A stretch of 64,000 bases of DNA from a virus (Duplodnaviria > Caudoviricetes): positions 1 through 64,000 of the IMG/VR virus record IMGVR_UViG_3300037851_001014. One strand, given 5' to 3'. The position numbers were made by a program, and so were the translations under genes. Of the stretch, positions 35,701 to 44,297 are shown in pieces. Each line of letters starts with the position of its first letter. The first letter of the stretch is position 1. Under the pieces are notes generated by a model. The model was not told the DNA's origin. It was given only the letters and a program-made list of their open reading frames with translations, and ran no database searches.

Positions 35701-38700
35701 CAGCAAGGCAGTCTGGCTGCAACAGATCAGGGCAGAGATAGCTGAACAGGTTGGCGTTGATACAGAGAACAATCCGCTCACAGATGCCGAGATCGAGGAA
35801 ATATATGGCAGTGTTGCAAATGTCTCTGCGTTTTCAGAGGGTGTTCCTGGCCTAGCAATGCGCTATCCAATCGTTGGCGGTTCCAAAGAATCTGCCCTGG
35901 GCGTTCGTTTTCTAACCCCCGAACAAGCGCAAAAGCAAGGTGTCGCTACTGTGGATACCCCCTTTGGGGATTACTGGAACATATCTACCGGGTTGTCTTC
36001 TATTTTCCAGGGCGACTTCGACTTAGATCAAATGGCGACGCTTATGGGTATAAAAGCGTATCGAGACAAAGGGGGCAAGCTACGCCATTCCTGGACGCAA
36101 CTGGACGAGAAAGGCAATATCGATCCAAAGTTAATGGCCTCTATCAACAGAAGCGCAACCATGAACTACCAGGACCTGCAGCGGAAAATGTTCCCATCGT
36201 CCGCTATGCAGAACAGGTTCAACCCGCTTCTTGGAGCGTTCTCTGATCGGTTCGCCGGTCAGAATGTTGGAGATCTCGGTTTTTCGTACAGGTTGATGCG
36301 TAAGCAAATGGCCGCATCCAGATTTTACAATATAGGCGAGCTGCTCACCGGAACGCATATTGTCCAGAAGGCAGCTGGCGAGGAAATGGGTGCGTCATAC
36401 AACCTGACGCGTGCTCTTGAATCGGCATCTATCATGTCTCGTTGGTCGACGGCAAGTATTCAAAAATCACGCGTCTCGCGTGCGCCAGTCTATCAGCCGT
36501 ACCTTGACAAAAGCACGTCTATTCCGGTATCGATGACTGAGATGTTTAGAACGGCGTATCTCAGCACTCCAGAAGGAGCAATGGCTCCTGAGCTTGGCTG
36601 GGCAACCCCAGAGGCTAAAGAGTTGTCTACCGAGCCTCAGTGGACAAAGAGAAAGATAGCACTGACTCCCGAGAATGCCATGCCGTTTCTGCGAGCTTTA
36701 ACCGAATCTGCCGCGCGTCCTCATGTTGTGCCTGGAAAGTTCGCTGATCTTCCATCGCCCAACCTGCTTGCCCGTGCCCTTGCGCCATACCCAGGGATGG
36801 CTTTTGGAACAATCAAGCCTAGGTACCTGAAAGCCTACAACAGCCAATTCAAGACATGGGAAGATCTTGTCGTAGGTGGTGGTACAGACGAGCAAATAGC
36901 ACAGGCGGGAAAATTCTTCAAGGGCGTGCCACTGGAGGCAGCTATTAAATCTGCCCAGGAGGCTACCTGGGGACTTGGAGAGAGCGATCAAGACTTGCTG
37001 CTCGGCAGACGCACAAAAGGCACTGCGGATGTAGTTGAGGCATGGTACAAACAGAACATTCCAGAAGATTTGCAACAGGTCTATGCCAGTACTCTTGCGC
37101 AGTCCATGATCGGAAAGGCCTACTTCTCGGCGCAGGCTGATGCAACCAAGACGATACCATCCTCATGGGAAAAGTCTGATTTTGGGGCAGAGACTGTTCA
37201 ACGGGCGCGCCGGTGGCGGGTTGGATACGACATGGCGCGTGGCATTGTCCCCGAAATGGGTGCGTTCAAGGAGACCTACGATTGGCTAAGTGGCATCGAT
37301 AGAAGTGTGCGATCCCAGGGAGCGGAGCTTATCTTGCGCATGGGCAAGCTCTTTGGCGCAGCCGAGGCTGTACCTTTGTCAATGGCCGGCTCTCAGATGC
37401 TCTATGAGAAAGCAATGGCAGCTCCAATATCCTTGCGCTCAAGTACCTATGGCGATATCGGGAATCCTGTTTATACGAACAAGCTCGTCGGAGGGAACAA
37501 AAGAGTCGACTCGGGATTATACTCGTCTGTTTTGAGCACGGTGGCGAGCACGCTCAATCTTGGCGGTATGGATGTTAATGCGCTGCAGGCTGCTTTCCTT
37601 CCAAGTGACGAACAAGGGCTTGCGCACATGAGACGCGGGAACAGGTTCGAAGACCGTCTCGCTAAAGTTGCTGGCGAAGCCATGTATCACAGCGGACTGT
37701 CTGGATACGCAAATCTTGGCTCGGGCGATCCAACGAAAGCGGTTTCGTCGGCTTTCTCTCTTGTTGAGGACATAGAGCTTGGGGACGGCCAAAGAACGAC
37801 AGTCGTAATGCACGGAACGCCAGACTTTCTTCTCCCAATTGGCGGCAAACTGTACGAAGTTGAGACCAAGAATCCCCAAAAGCAGGCCGGTACGAAAGCT
37901 GCGCAGATGGAGAAGTACAAGGCGCAGACTGATATGGTTCGCTATATCATAGAGAAAAAGGTTGGTCGCATACTTAATCCAAATTTAGCGCAAGGCTTTA
38001 GGGACAAAGAGGCTGCCGAGCTTAGATCATCTTTGCGTTGGTATATGCCAGAAGAGCAGATTGATGAGGCATACGAAATGCTCCTCGCCCAGGGTGGCGC
38101 TGGCTCGATCTTGTTCAATGTTGGCGCTGACACAGATCTGTACAAAAGCATAATGCACGGGAAAATCGACAAAGCGCATGCTCAAGTCATGAAAGAAGTG
38201 GCGTCTGAAGATAGCCCGTATGTGGTCGAGAGGGTAGAACCTCTTGCGGGCGGACAATACGCAGAGCGTTTTGAGAAAAACAAAATGCGTGCTATCCGGG
38301 AAGTTTACAGCAAGCGCGGCGGTGTCCTCGAAGAGCTTGTTGGACTGTTGTCGCCTGCACAAAAGTTTCACAGAATGCGCCTTGGGCAAAACCCAGACCT
38401 GGCGACCACGTGGCAATCGAGACGAGCAATGGATGTTCTTCAGCGCGCTCGGCATGGACTTCTGTCTCTTGGAAAATACTTCTACGATCTAAGGGAGGCG
38501 GCTCATGCCGCCAGCCCTGGAGCAACGAGAGCGGCAACTCCCGAGGAACAAGCCGCAGCTGCATCTACTCCTCCCCAGCCACCTCCAGTGGCACAAAACG
38601 CATCATCGCCGCGGGCACAAACAGCAACCCCAGGAACAGCACCCGCAAGTCAGACACCAATTACCAACGCCGCAGATATGCCTATTGAGGAACTACGTGC

Positions 38701-41700
38701 ACGGGCTAGCATGCTTGGATTATCCAGGACAGCTGCTGCGAAGAAAACAAAAGAGCAATTGGTTGAGTTTCTCGATCCAGCAAATAAGGACAGGACACCA
38801 GTAGGCCAGAGGCTGAGCAAGTCAAGCATAAGCGATCTTCAGAGAGGTCTACTGGAGGCAGATTCAGCAATGGCTTATGCACCTTACGTGCCTCCTCCTG
38901 CCACGCCTGTTCAGGCAAATCCTGGACCGACTGCAGGAGCCGCGCCCCCTCCTTCAGTCCCGCCAACGCCTGGTGTCAACGCTGCTGCTGCAGCCGCAGC
39001 AACGGCCGGGCTTGCGGCGATGGCTGGTGGTGGTCAACCTGGTAGCCCTGGTGATACAAGTGGTTCCCCGGGACAGCCACCCGAGGGAGGCGGGTTTATC
39101 AAGCCGACCTCAGTGGCGCAGCAGATCGTCGGACTTTACCGCACGCGGGGACAGGCAATCCAGGAGGCAGCAATTGCCCTGCGAACTCAGTTTGGCGTTA
39201 CAGAACGTGGAACTTTGAGGAGAGGTATTACGGGACGCGAGGAAGAATTTGCCCAGGCAGCCCTAAAGCATCAAGAGGCGATTATGGACGCCCAGGCTCT
39301 GGTGGCTATGGGAGTGGCTTTCCAGAAAGGGCCGCGTGGCGTCGATATGGGCTTTCTTGACAAAGATGCTGCTGATATCATAGACAAGGTAACGACAACT
39401 GGCACACCTATGGGGAAAGATCTGTTAGATCTGGAGGGCGCCGGGCAGGAGATGACCAGATATAGCAAAGCGGCGATCAAGAGAGCCAGGCTTGCAAACC
39501 TCGAAAGAAGGCTTGCCACAGGTGGTGTCGGCGACCAGATATCTAGTTGGTTTGGGGATGGTGTTACTCCCATGGATCCTGACGACCTGGCTGCCCAGAT
39601 AGAGAAAAACCCAGCAGCCGCCGAGGCTTTCAGAATTGCTAGGAACTTTTCCAAAAAAGATGCTACCCGTATGGCGAGCGAGTTCCCAAGATCCGCAGCA
39701 CTCATACAGTACACAGAGGGCATGAAGGGCCATCCTGGGTTTGATGCCGCTATCAAAGAAAAGCCCGCTGCGACCAAGTCTCTCATTGCTGATGACGTAA
39801 AGGCGACGTGGGCGGAGAAGTTTACCAGGGCCGCTGACGAAGCCACTGCAGCGCTCAAGAAGTTTAGTGGAGCCGCCCAAAAAACAAGTGATCTCCACGA
39901 GAAAACAGCCCAGGCGTTGAAGGCTCTGAGCATAGAGGAAGCCTACGGCAAGCTCATTACAGCTGCCGCCAAGGTTGGCAAGGAGCCAGAGAAGGACAAC
40001 CTTGGCAGACTCAAGCTATCGCCTACGGGAAGAGCACAGTACGAGAGTCTGACAGCACAGGAGGCCGCCGCGGCTGAGATTGGCGATGTCGAATCGTACC
40101 AAAGCGCCCTGACTGGATTCCAGCAGGCTACTACAGCCCCCACTACCAAGAAAGGGGCTATTGGGAGGCTTGTTGACAGACTTGCTGGGCCTCCTGAACC
40201 AGACGATCCGGCGATCAACATGCGCCGATTCCTGGGTGGCTTTGGCCTGATGTACCTTCGCAGTCTGTGGGGCATTGCGACTGGCGGTCTTGGATACGGT
40301 ATGCAGGAGCGCGCTGAGACAATGCAGCAGCTTGGCGGTCCCTCGGCGCAGATGTTTGGGGCGATATACAGACCGAATGTCCCTGGTGTTGCTTTGAGAA
40401 ACATTATGGGTGCTACTGGCGTAGGCGGAAACCCGCTGCTGCAGTTCCAGGAGATGTATGCACGCACCCCCTTGCTGCAGGACGCAGGTACCGCACTTGG
40501 CGCAGGGCTAGGAACCTATGCTCTTGCCCAGCAGGTCGGAATGTGGAGCGGCAGCAATACCCTAAAGAGCATCCTTGGTAAATGGGCTGTTCCAATCGCA
40601 GCTGGGGTTAGCGCAGCAACGTTGCTGTCTTCCGCTGCCGGAAAGCTGTCAGACACAGAGAGCGTTGGCTACCGTCTTGCTACGGCGCCTGTGCTCGGAA
40701 AATCATTCACCGACGAGTGGGCATACTTGATGGGCAGTCAGCAGCAAAAGGAGCAGATTGGCATCGCAATAGGACAATATGAAAGAATAACAAAGGGTGG
40801 ATTTTCTCAAGGTAGCACCAGGAACATTCGGTCTGTGTCGCAGATGATTCCCGTCGATACTCCAGTAGGAGAGTATTTTGGAACAGTTGAGGAGAAGATC
40901 AGCCTGGCTGCGACCGGACGACCGGACTTGTACAATACTCTTACCGAGGGCCAAAGAGCTAGCACCTATCAGCGTCTGACGCAAGCCCAGATATCGCATT
41001 TTGCCCCACAGTTTTCGGCAGAGGCGAGTCAGGCTGCTATGGATTTTGCCTTTAGAACAAGAGCCGTTATGGGGCAGACAGGAATGCAGACGCTCACGGC
41101 ACGCATCCAGCAGGGTTACTCTCCGCAGATTGCCCAGGCATACATGGCAGCAAGTGGTTATTCTGTAGCCGGAATGTATGCTGGTGCTGCTGGCCCTGGG
41201 ACGCAAGCCAACCTGATGAACTATTACAATACGCTTGCTCCAATGGCCACAACGCAGAACTTGCCGTATCTCGAAGCGGCCATTGGCGTCATGGGAGCGA
41301 CAATTCCCATGAATACCTATATAACCCAGATGGGCATGCGTGGTGCGATCGGCATGGACACCGAGGCATATCAAAAGGCATTGGCTGCCCTGGTACCAGG
41401 AAGCTCGCAATACAACCAATACACTGCCGCAGGTGCTCAATGGGCGCGGCTGCAGGAATTTGGACGTGCAGCATCACCGCCGAATCCTGTAGACTTCACA
41501 ACTATGAATGCTCAGGAAACGCGCCTTGAGGAGCTAAGGCAGGCTGAAATGCAAGAAAGCCTGAACACAGAGGATGCTCTGCAAAGAGCATTGGTTCTCA
41601 GGGGCTTCTCCGCCCAAGACGCCTACGCCTTCACCAGGGGGATTTATACAACAGCGAGGGGCGGCCAGCTGAGCGAGTATGAAACCACCACCGAGCTTGG

Positions 41701-43864
41701 CAGAGAACTGGAAAGACAGCAGCGACTTGGGCTAGTGGAGAAGTGGTTTACCGATCGCGGTGTTTCTGCTCGACAGCGCAAGCAGATGTATGCCCCAGAA
41801 TACGAAAAAATGAGCATCTCTCAACTGCAGCAATACATGCAGAAGCAGAGCGTCGCAGAAGGGCTAGAGAGTGCACTTATCGGTGCAGGCGTAAGCTATA
41901 ACATCAGCGACATTCTGGCCATACCTGGTGGCACTATGCAGCAGGCAGCTGTATCTGCTTCAGTGGCCCAGGAGATTCAAGCGCAAGCTGCCAGCGGAGT
42001 AACTGGTTTTAGCCTGACGCAGCTTTACGAAAACGCAAAAGGAGCGGGGCCTCAAGAGTTTGCTGGTATGGTTTCTACGCAGCAGTGGATGCGCGAGACA
42101 ATGGCTCCCCTGATGCGGCAAACAGGCAGGATGCCAGGATGGGCTGCTGATGCATGGGCAACTAGCGGCCAGAGTGCTGCAAACTGGGGAGCGAACGTTC
42201 CTCGTGCATGGCGGGATATCTATCAAGGTGTTGCCCAATATGACCCCTGGGCATCTACCCAAATGTATGCCTATCAGCAGATGGGAATACAGCCACCCAA
42301 CATCGGATTGCCAGAATTGACTAATCTCCCGTCCGAGATGGTAACACGGGACATCTGGCAAACCGGCCCGATGGCCGGACTTCCGCTCAATGCGCCAATG
42401 TGGACAGTCTCCGGTGCGTCGCACCCCAACTTCCCGCTACTGCAGGCTACTACTGGCGGAGCAGTGAATTGGGGTACTGGCGTAGGCAAGGCATTCTCTC
42501 AGGGATACACGATACCCGGAATGAGCTTCCCCGTTGCAGGCATTATGGGTATGCAGAGTTACATGCAGCAGCTGCAGTATCAGTCTGGCATGGCGCAAAT
42601 CGGCAACCAGCTCGCTCAGCTTAACATGTCGATGGCTTTCCAGACTGGCGTTGGCCTGGATGCATATGCGGGAATAATCAACCCACAGACCAACAAGCCG
42701 TTCGGATTCAATACCGGCCCTTCTAGCTGGAGTATTCCTGGCGTTGGCAGATACACATCTGAGGGCGGTGGCATGTGGGGCATCCAGGATGCCATGCGTA
42801 ACCTAGGTTATGCTCAACAGGAATGGCAGTTTGGTTTTCAGGAACGCCAACTTGGGATGAGTCGCTCGCAGTTTGCCGAGAACTTCTCTCTCAACAGGCA
42901 ACAGACCTTGATGCAGCGTGGCTGGGCAATGCAGGATTGGGGCTACCAGGACACCACCCGCAATCTGCAGTGGCAGTGGCGGCAAGAGGACTATGCCGAA
43001 CAGGCAAGATTCATGACCGGTCGCGATCGGCGTCTTGCAGAGCGCGGAATGAAGCGCGAGACCACCATGTTCAATCTTGAGACTGAACAGATCGATAAAC
43101 AACGCGAGCGGCAGAAAGAGATGTGGAAACTGGAGGACGAGCGCTTCAAGCTGCAGAAGAAACACTTCGAAGAGCAGATGGTCATGCAGGAAGAGCAGCA
43201 AGATATGATGCGCAAGTTCTATGCCGAGCGTATCGCCCTTGAAGAAGAGCAGATCAAGCTGCAGCGTGCCCAGCAGGTTCAGCAGGCGGAATATCAGAAG
43301 CAATCCCTGGGTATCCAGGCGGCCATGCTTGCGGCCCAAAAGGAATACTCAGAGATCCAATCCGGGATCGAGCTTGCTAACTTGGCGATCCAGTCTGGCA
43401 TTGCCGATGTTCAGGCCAAACAGTCCGGACTCGTCACCTTAACCGAGGATAATATAGAAGCTGTGTTTGCCTCGCTAAACGACTGGATTGCTAGAGTTCT
43501 CGGTACTCTAGGCGGGGGACCTCCTGTGCCCACCACCACGAACCCCCCGCATAGTCAGAGTGGCTATATACCAGAAGAGGATATAGAGTCAGATCCGCCC
43601 ACTCACGGCGGTGCGCACGGCACTTTTGTCAGTGCTGGTCAAGGAACCGTTGTCAGCGAGGAGGGGCTAATCGAGTTCTTTACTCCCCAGAACAGCGGCA
43701 CGATAATCCCGCTCAAGTCGTTCAATGCCTGGACAACCACTGTGATGCCATCGCAAAAGCCGGTTGTTGAAACGAGCACACCCAAGACCATAAACATTTT
43801 CATTGGTGATCAACACCTCAAGACGTTTGTGCTGGACGCGATAGACGAAGCGCTGGAGGCATAG
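32744..43864 (+). CDS. giant tape measure protein fused to a two-barrel RNA polymerase-like region and a PD-(D/E)XK nuclease
   Basis: AGGAG RBS and ATG at 32744; canonical TMP position. C-terminal GG...VVSEEG.IEFFTP..SGTIIP TMP motif; GDFDLDQMA 36011-37; RYP 35861-69; GAKVAGLGLK 34247-76; GTPDF...YEVETK 37814-70. Confidence 0.85.
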   Translation: MAASIGPPSGEDFARTLEELMGDEYRVRYMGETRYNIVRSSPRGGPNGTPATISGNFSFDFWSATRFKSQFGANKGSVEYAPVVKPDPYEERGFVVPGGITSVVERNEEDRKKYISSHFVENPVTRLVNTLVSASDRTLEARARGRATSTWEGAAMNILSEGAPGSEEYADVAGGTRFVNRNNMSMVRSASNMLILQTITPEDAGKDERSMRSSALESLKSWISTPAVARDSGNFLAFNQLGLAIGRKNANTLIPYSQGYRSVTDPSGREYAEVYLPGDPSKSSKHYNVMYGRREGVTPLDATGVPIQAGAIRGARGWGIRRTTADYRGQVPQESWIGGLLMTRSLPIPGTGQYFPQNVSSAGISSVGFDTVRELPVTSDIGGLLSGTVKYTPASDLMGRHHPGMTRMSYGTLEAQGELPISLSTRNKAGGFRPSNQQLVLPQYYDPKTGLGMVYSEGNARLGTEITETQAAALSKSLGIDVRLDPFSDRAMWRSEGFLSTGAKVAGLGLKTALTAMLGRPSIGIGKTDLPVDIATGEVKSFPTMLLSNFPTLSRARQADLLRETGARLNNPAFTRAASRVQKGGYGERLDMERLAEDIYGVGAPVNELMKEVYGTVVPGLGENPTQVEIARYAASDVNLRNLERYGIGFIDPSMESRGVRVPELSWRVSKKQFVDLEQAYLAANRERVIAAGGDPRKISIKDARQAFLTEYGLTPVANEPGMWQAHTKASGFYIRGALPLGVEWYGAGQVHAEEAQLVNAISPEWAYRLGIGLTPGSKGRGGYDRNISPTRQAKILAAKTVAAMYADTPMGIEHSVVTDTMAGNLVADTDFMALLERKPDNPGTVADFDIVRERMQREMEIAYGNKAANVDKVPLQFGDLEGAYLLPAGSIRATMAVDQATGQDQARLLDRYLGTLGRALRGQVAGKPGEITHSLYGLADTYAESMGVSSHTKSDMVKDLMGSDLGWSVGRYGWAGEVQQHQVTGSKAVWLQQIRAEIAEQVGVDTENNPLTDAEIEEIYGSVANVSAFSEGVPGLAMRYPIVGGSKESALGVRFLTPEQAQKQGVATVDTPFGDYWNISTGLSSIFQGDFDLDQMATLMGIKAYRDKGGKLRHSWTQLDEKGNIDPKLMASINRSATMNYQDLQRKMFPSSAMQNRFNPLLGAFSDRFAGQNVGDLGFSYRLMRKQMAASRFYNIGELLTGTHIVQKAAGEEMGASYNLTRALESASIMSRWSTASIQKSRVSRAPVYQPYLDKSTSIPVSMTEMFRTAYLSTPEGAMAPELGWATPEAKELSTEPQWTKRKIALTPENAMPFLRALTESAARPHVVPGKFADLPSPNLLARALAPYPGMAFGTIKPRYLKAYNSQFKTWEDLVVGGGTDEQIAQAGKFFKGVPLEAAIKSAQEATWGLGESDQDLLLGRRTKGTADVVEAWYKQNIPEDLQQVYASTLAQSMIGKAYFSAQADATKTIPSSWEKSDFGAETVQRARRWRVGYDMARGIVPEMGAFKETYDWLSGIDRSVRSQGAELILRMGKLFGAAEAVPLSMAGSQMLYEKAMAAPISLRSSTYGDIGNPVYTNKLVGGNKRVDSGLYSSVLSTVASTLNLGGMDVNALQAAFLPSDEQGLAHMRRGNRFEDRLAKVAGEAMYHSGLSGYANLGSGDPTKAVSSAFSLVEDIELGDGQRTTVVMHGTPDFLLPIGGKLYEVETKNPQKQAGTKAAQMEKYKAQTDMVRYIIEKKVGRILNPNLAQGFRDKEAAELRSSLRWYMPEEQIDEAYEMLLAQGGAGSILFNVGADTDLYKSIMHGKIDKAHAQVMKEVASEDSPYVVERVEPLAGGQYAERFEKNKMRAIREVYSKRGGVLEELVGLLSPAQKFHRMRLGQNPDLATTWQSRRAMDVLQRARHGLLSLGKYFYDLREAAHAASPGATRAATPEEQAAAASTPPQPPPVAQNASSPRAQTATPGTAPASQTPITNAADMPIEELRARASMLGLSRTAAAKKTKEQLVEFLDPANKDRTPVGQRLSKSSISDLQRGLLEADSAMAYAPYVPPPATPVQANPGPTAGAAPPPSVPPTPGVNAAAAAAATAGLAAMAGGGQPGSPGDTSGSPGQPPEGGGFIKPTSVAQQIVGLYRTRGQAIQEAAIALRTQFGVTERGTLRRGITGREEEFAQAALKHQEAIMDAQALVAMGVAFQKGPRGVDMGFLDKDAADIIDKVTTTGTPMGKDLLDLEGAGQEMTRYSKAAIKRARLANLERRLATGGVGDQISSWFGDGVTPMDPDDLAAQIEKNPAAAEAFRIARNFSKKDATRMASEFPRSAALIQYTEGMKGHPGFDAAIKEKPAATKSLIADDVKATWAEKFTRAADEATAALKKFSGAAQKTSDLHEKTAQALKALSIEEAYGKLITAAAKVGKEPEKDNLGRLKLSPTGRAQYESLTAQEAAAAEIGDVESYQSALTGFQQATTAPTTKKGAIGRLVDRLAGPPEPDDPAINMRRFLGGFGLMYLRSLWGIATGGLGYGMQERAETMQQLGGPSAQMFGAIYRPNVPGVALRNIMGATGVGGNPLLQFQEMYARTPLLQDAGTALGAGLGTYALAQQVGMWSGSNTLKSILGKWAVPIAAGVSAATLLSSAAGKLSDTESVGYRLATAPVLGKSFTDEWAYLMGSQQQKEQIGIAIGQYERITKGGFSQGSTRNIRSVSQMIPVDTPVGEYFGTVEEKISLAATGRPDLYNTLTEGQRASTYQRLTQAQISHFAPQFSAEASQAAMDFAFRTRAVMGQTGMQTLTARIQQGYSPQIAQAYMAASGYSVAGMYAGAAGPGTQANLMNYYNTLAPMATTQNLPYLEAAIGVMGATIPMNTYITQMGMRGAIGMDTEAYQKALAALVPGSSQYNQYTAAGAQWARLQEFGRAASPPNPVDFTTMNAQETRLEELRQAEMQESLNTEDALQRALVLRGFSAQDAYAFTRGIYTTARGGQLSEYETTTELGRELERQQRLGLVEKWFTDRGVSARQRKQMYAPEYEKMSISQLQQYMQKQSVAEGLESALIGAGVSYNISDILAIPGGTMQQAAVSASVAQEIQAQAASGVTGFSLTQLYENAKGAGPQEFAGMVSTQQWMRETMAPLMRQTGRMPGWAADAWATSGQSAANWGANVPRAWRDIYQGVAQYDPWASTQMYAYQQMGIQPPNIGLPELTNLPSEMVTRDIWQTGPMAGLPLNAPMWTVSGASHPNFPLLQATTGGAVNWGTGVGKAFSQGYTIPGMSFPVAGIMGMQSYMQQLQYQSGMAQIGNQLAQLNMSMAFQTGVGLDAYAGIINPQTNKPFGFNTGPSSWSIPGVGRYTSEGGGMWGIQDAMRNLGYAQQEWQFGFQERQLGMSRSQFAENFSLNRQQTLMQRGWAMQDWGYQDTTRNLQWQWRQEDYAEQARFMTGRDRRLAERGMKRETTMFNLETEQIDKQRERQKEMWKLEDERFKLQKKHFEEQMVMQEEQQDMMRKFYAERIALEEEQIKLQRAQQVQQAEYQKQSLGIQAAMLAAQKEYSEIQSGIELANLAIQSGIADVQAKQSGLVTLTEDNIEAVFASLNDWIARVLGTLGGGPPVPTTTNPPHSQSGYIPEEDIESDPPTHGGAHGTFVSAGQGTVVSEEGLIEFFTPQNSGTIIPLKSFNAWTTTVMPSQKPVVETSTPKTINIFIGDQHLKTFVLDAIDEALEA

Positions 43865-43865
43865 A

Positions 43866-44297
43866 ATGGCTAACCGGTATATTATCATCCAGGAAAACGG
43901 GACAGGCGGACTAACGAAGTGGTTTAGGGCCGTATCCTGGCGTTTGGTTTTGCGCAACAATAAAACTGTAGAGCCTGTAATTGATGCGTCACCGGACGTT
44001 CAGCACGGGAGGCAGATGAGATTCTTCCAGTATGTGCTCAAGATCCCCTATGTCTTGCGTGCTGGAGAGAATGCCAACTACGGCACGTATGCCGATCTTT
44101 GCAATATCTACTCTCGCAACAGTCCCAATAGCGGAACTCCGTTGCCGTCATTCAAGTTTACCGCACACAACTCCGCCGACGCCAATGCCGTGGATGCCAT
44201 TTTTGTCAACCCAGAAACAGTGATCGAGCCCGCCACGACGATCATCGATACAGACAATGCTGTCTATTTTGTGCAGGTGGAGATTCTGGTACTATGA
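43866..44297 (+). CDS. distal tail protein-like
   Basis: 143 aa directly after the TMP. Confidence 0.55.
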   Translation: MANRYIIIQENGTGGLTKWFRAVSWRLVLRNNKTVEPVIDASPDVQHGRQMRFFQYVLKIPYVLRAGENANYGTYADLCNIYSRNSPNSGTPLPSFKFTAHNSADANAVDAIFVNPETVIEPATTIIDTDNAVYFVQVEILVL

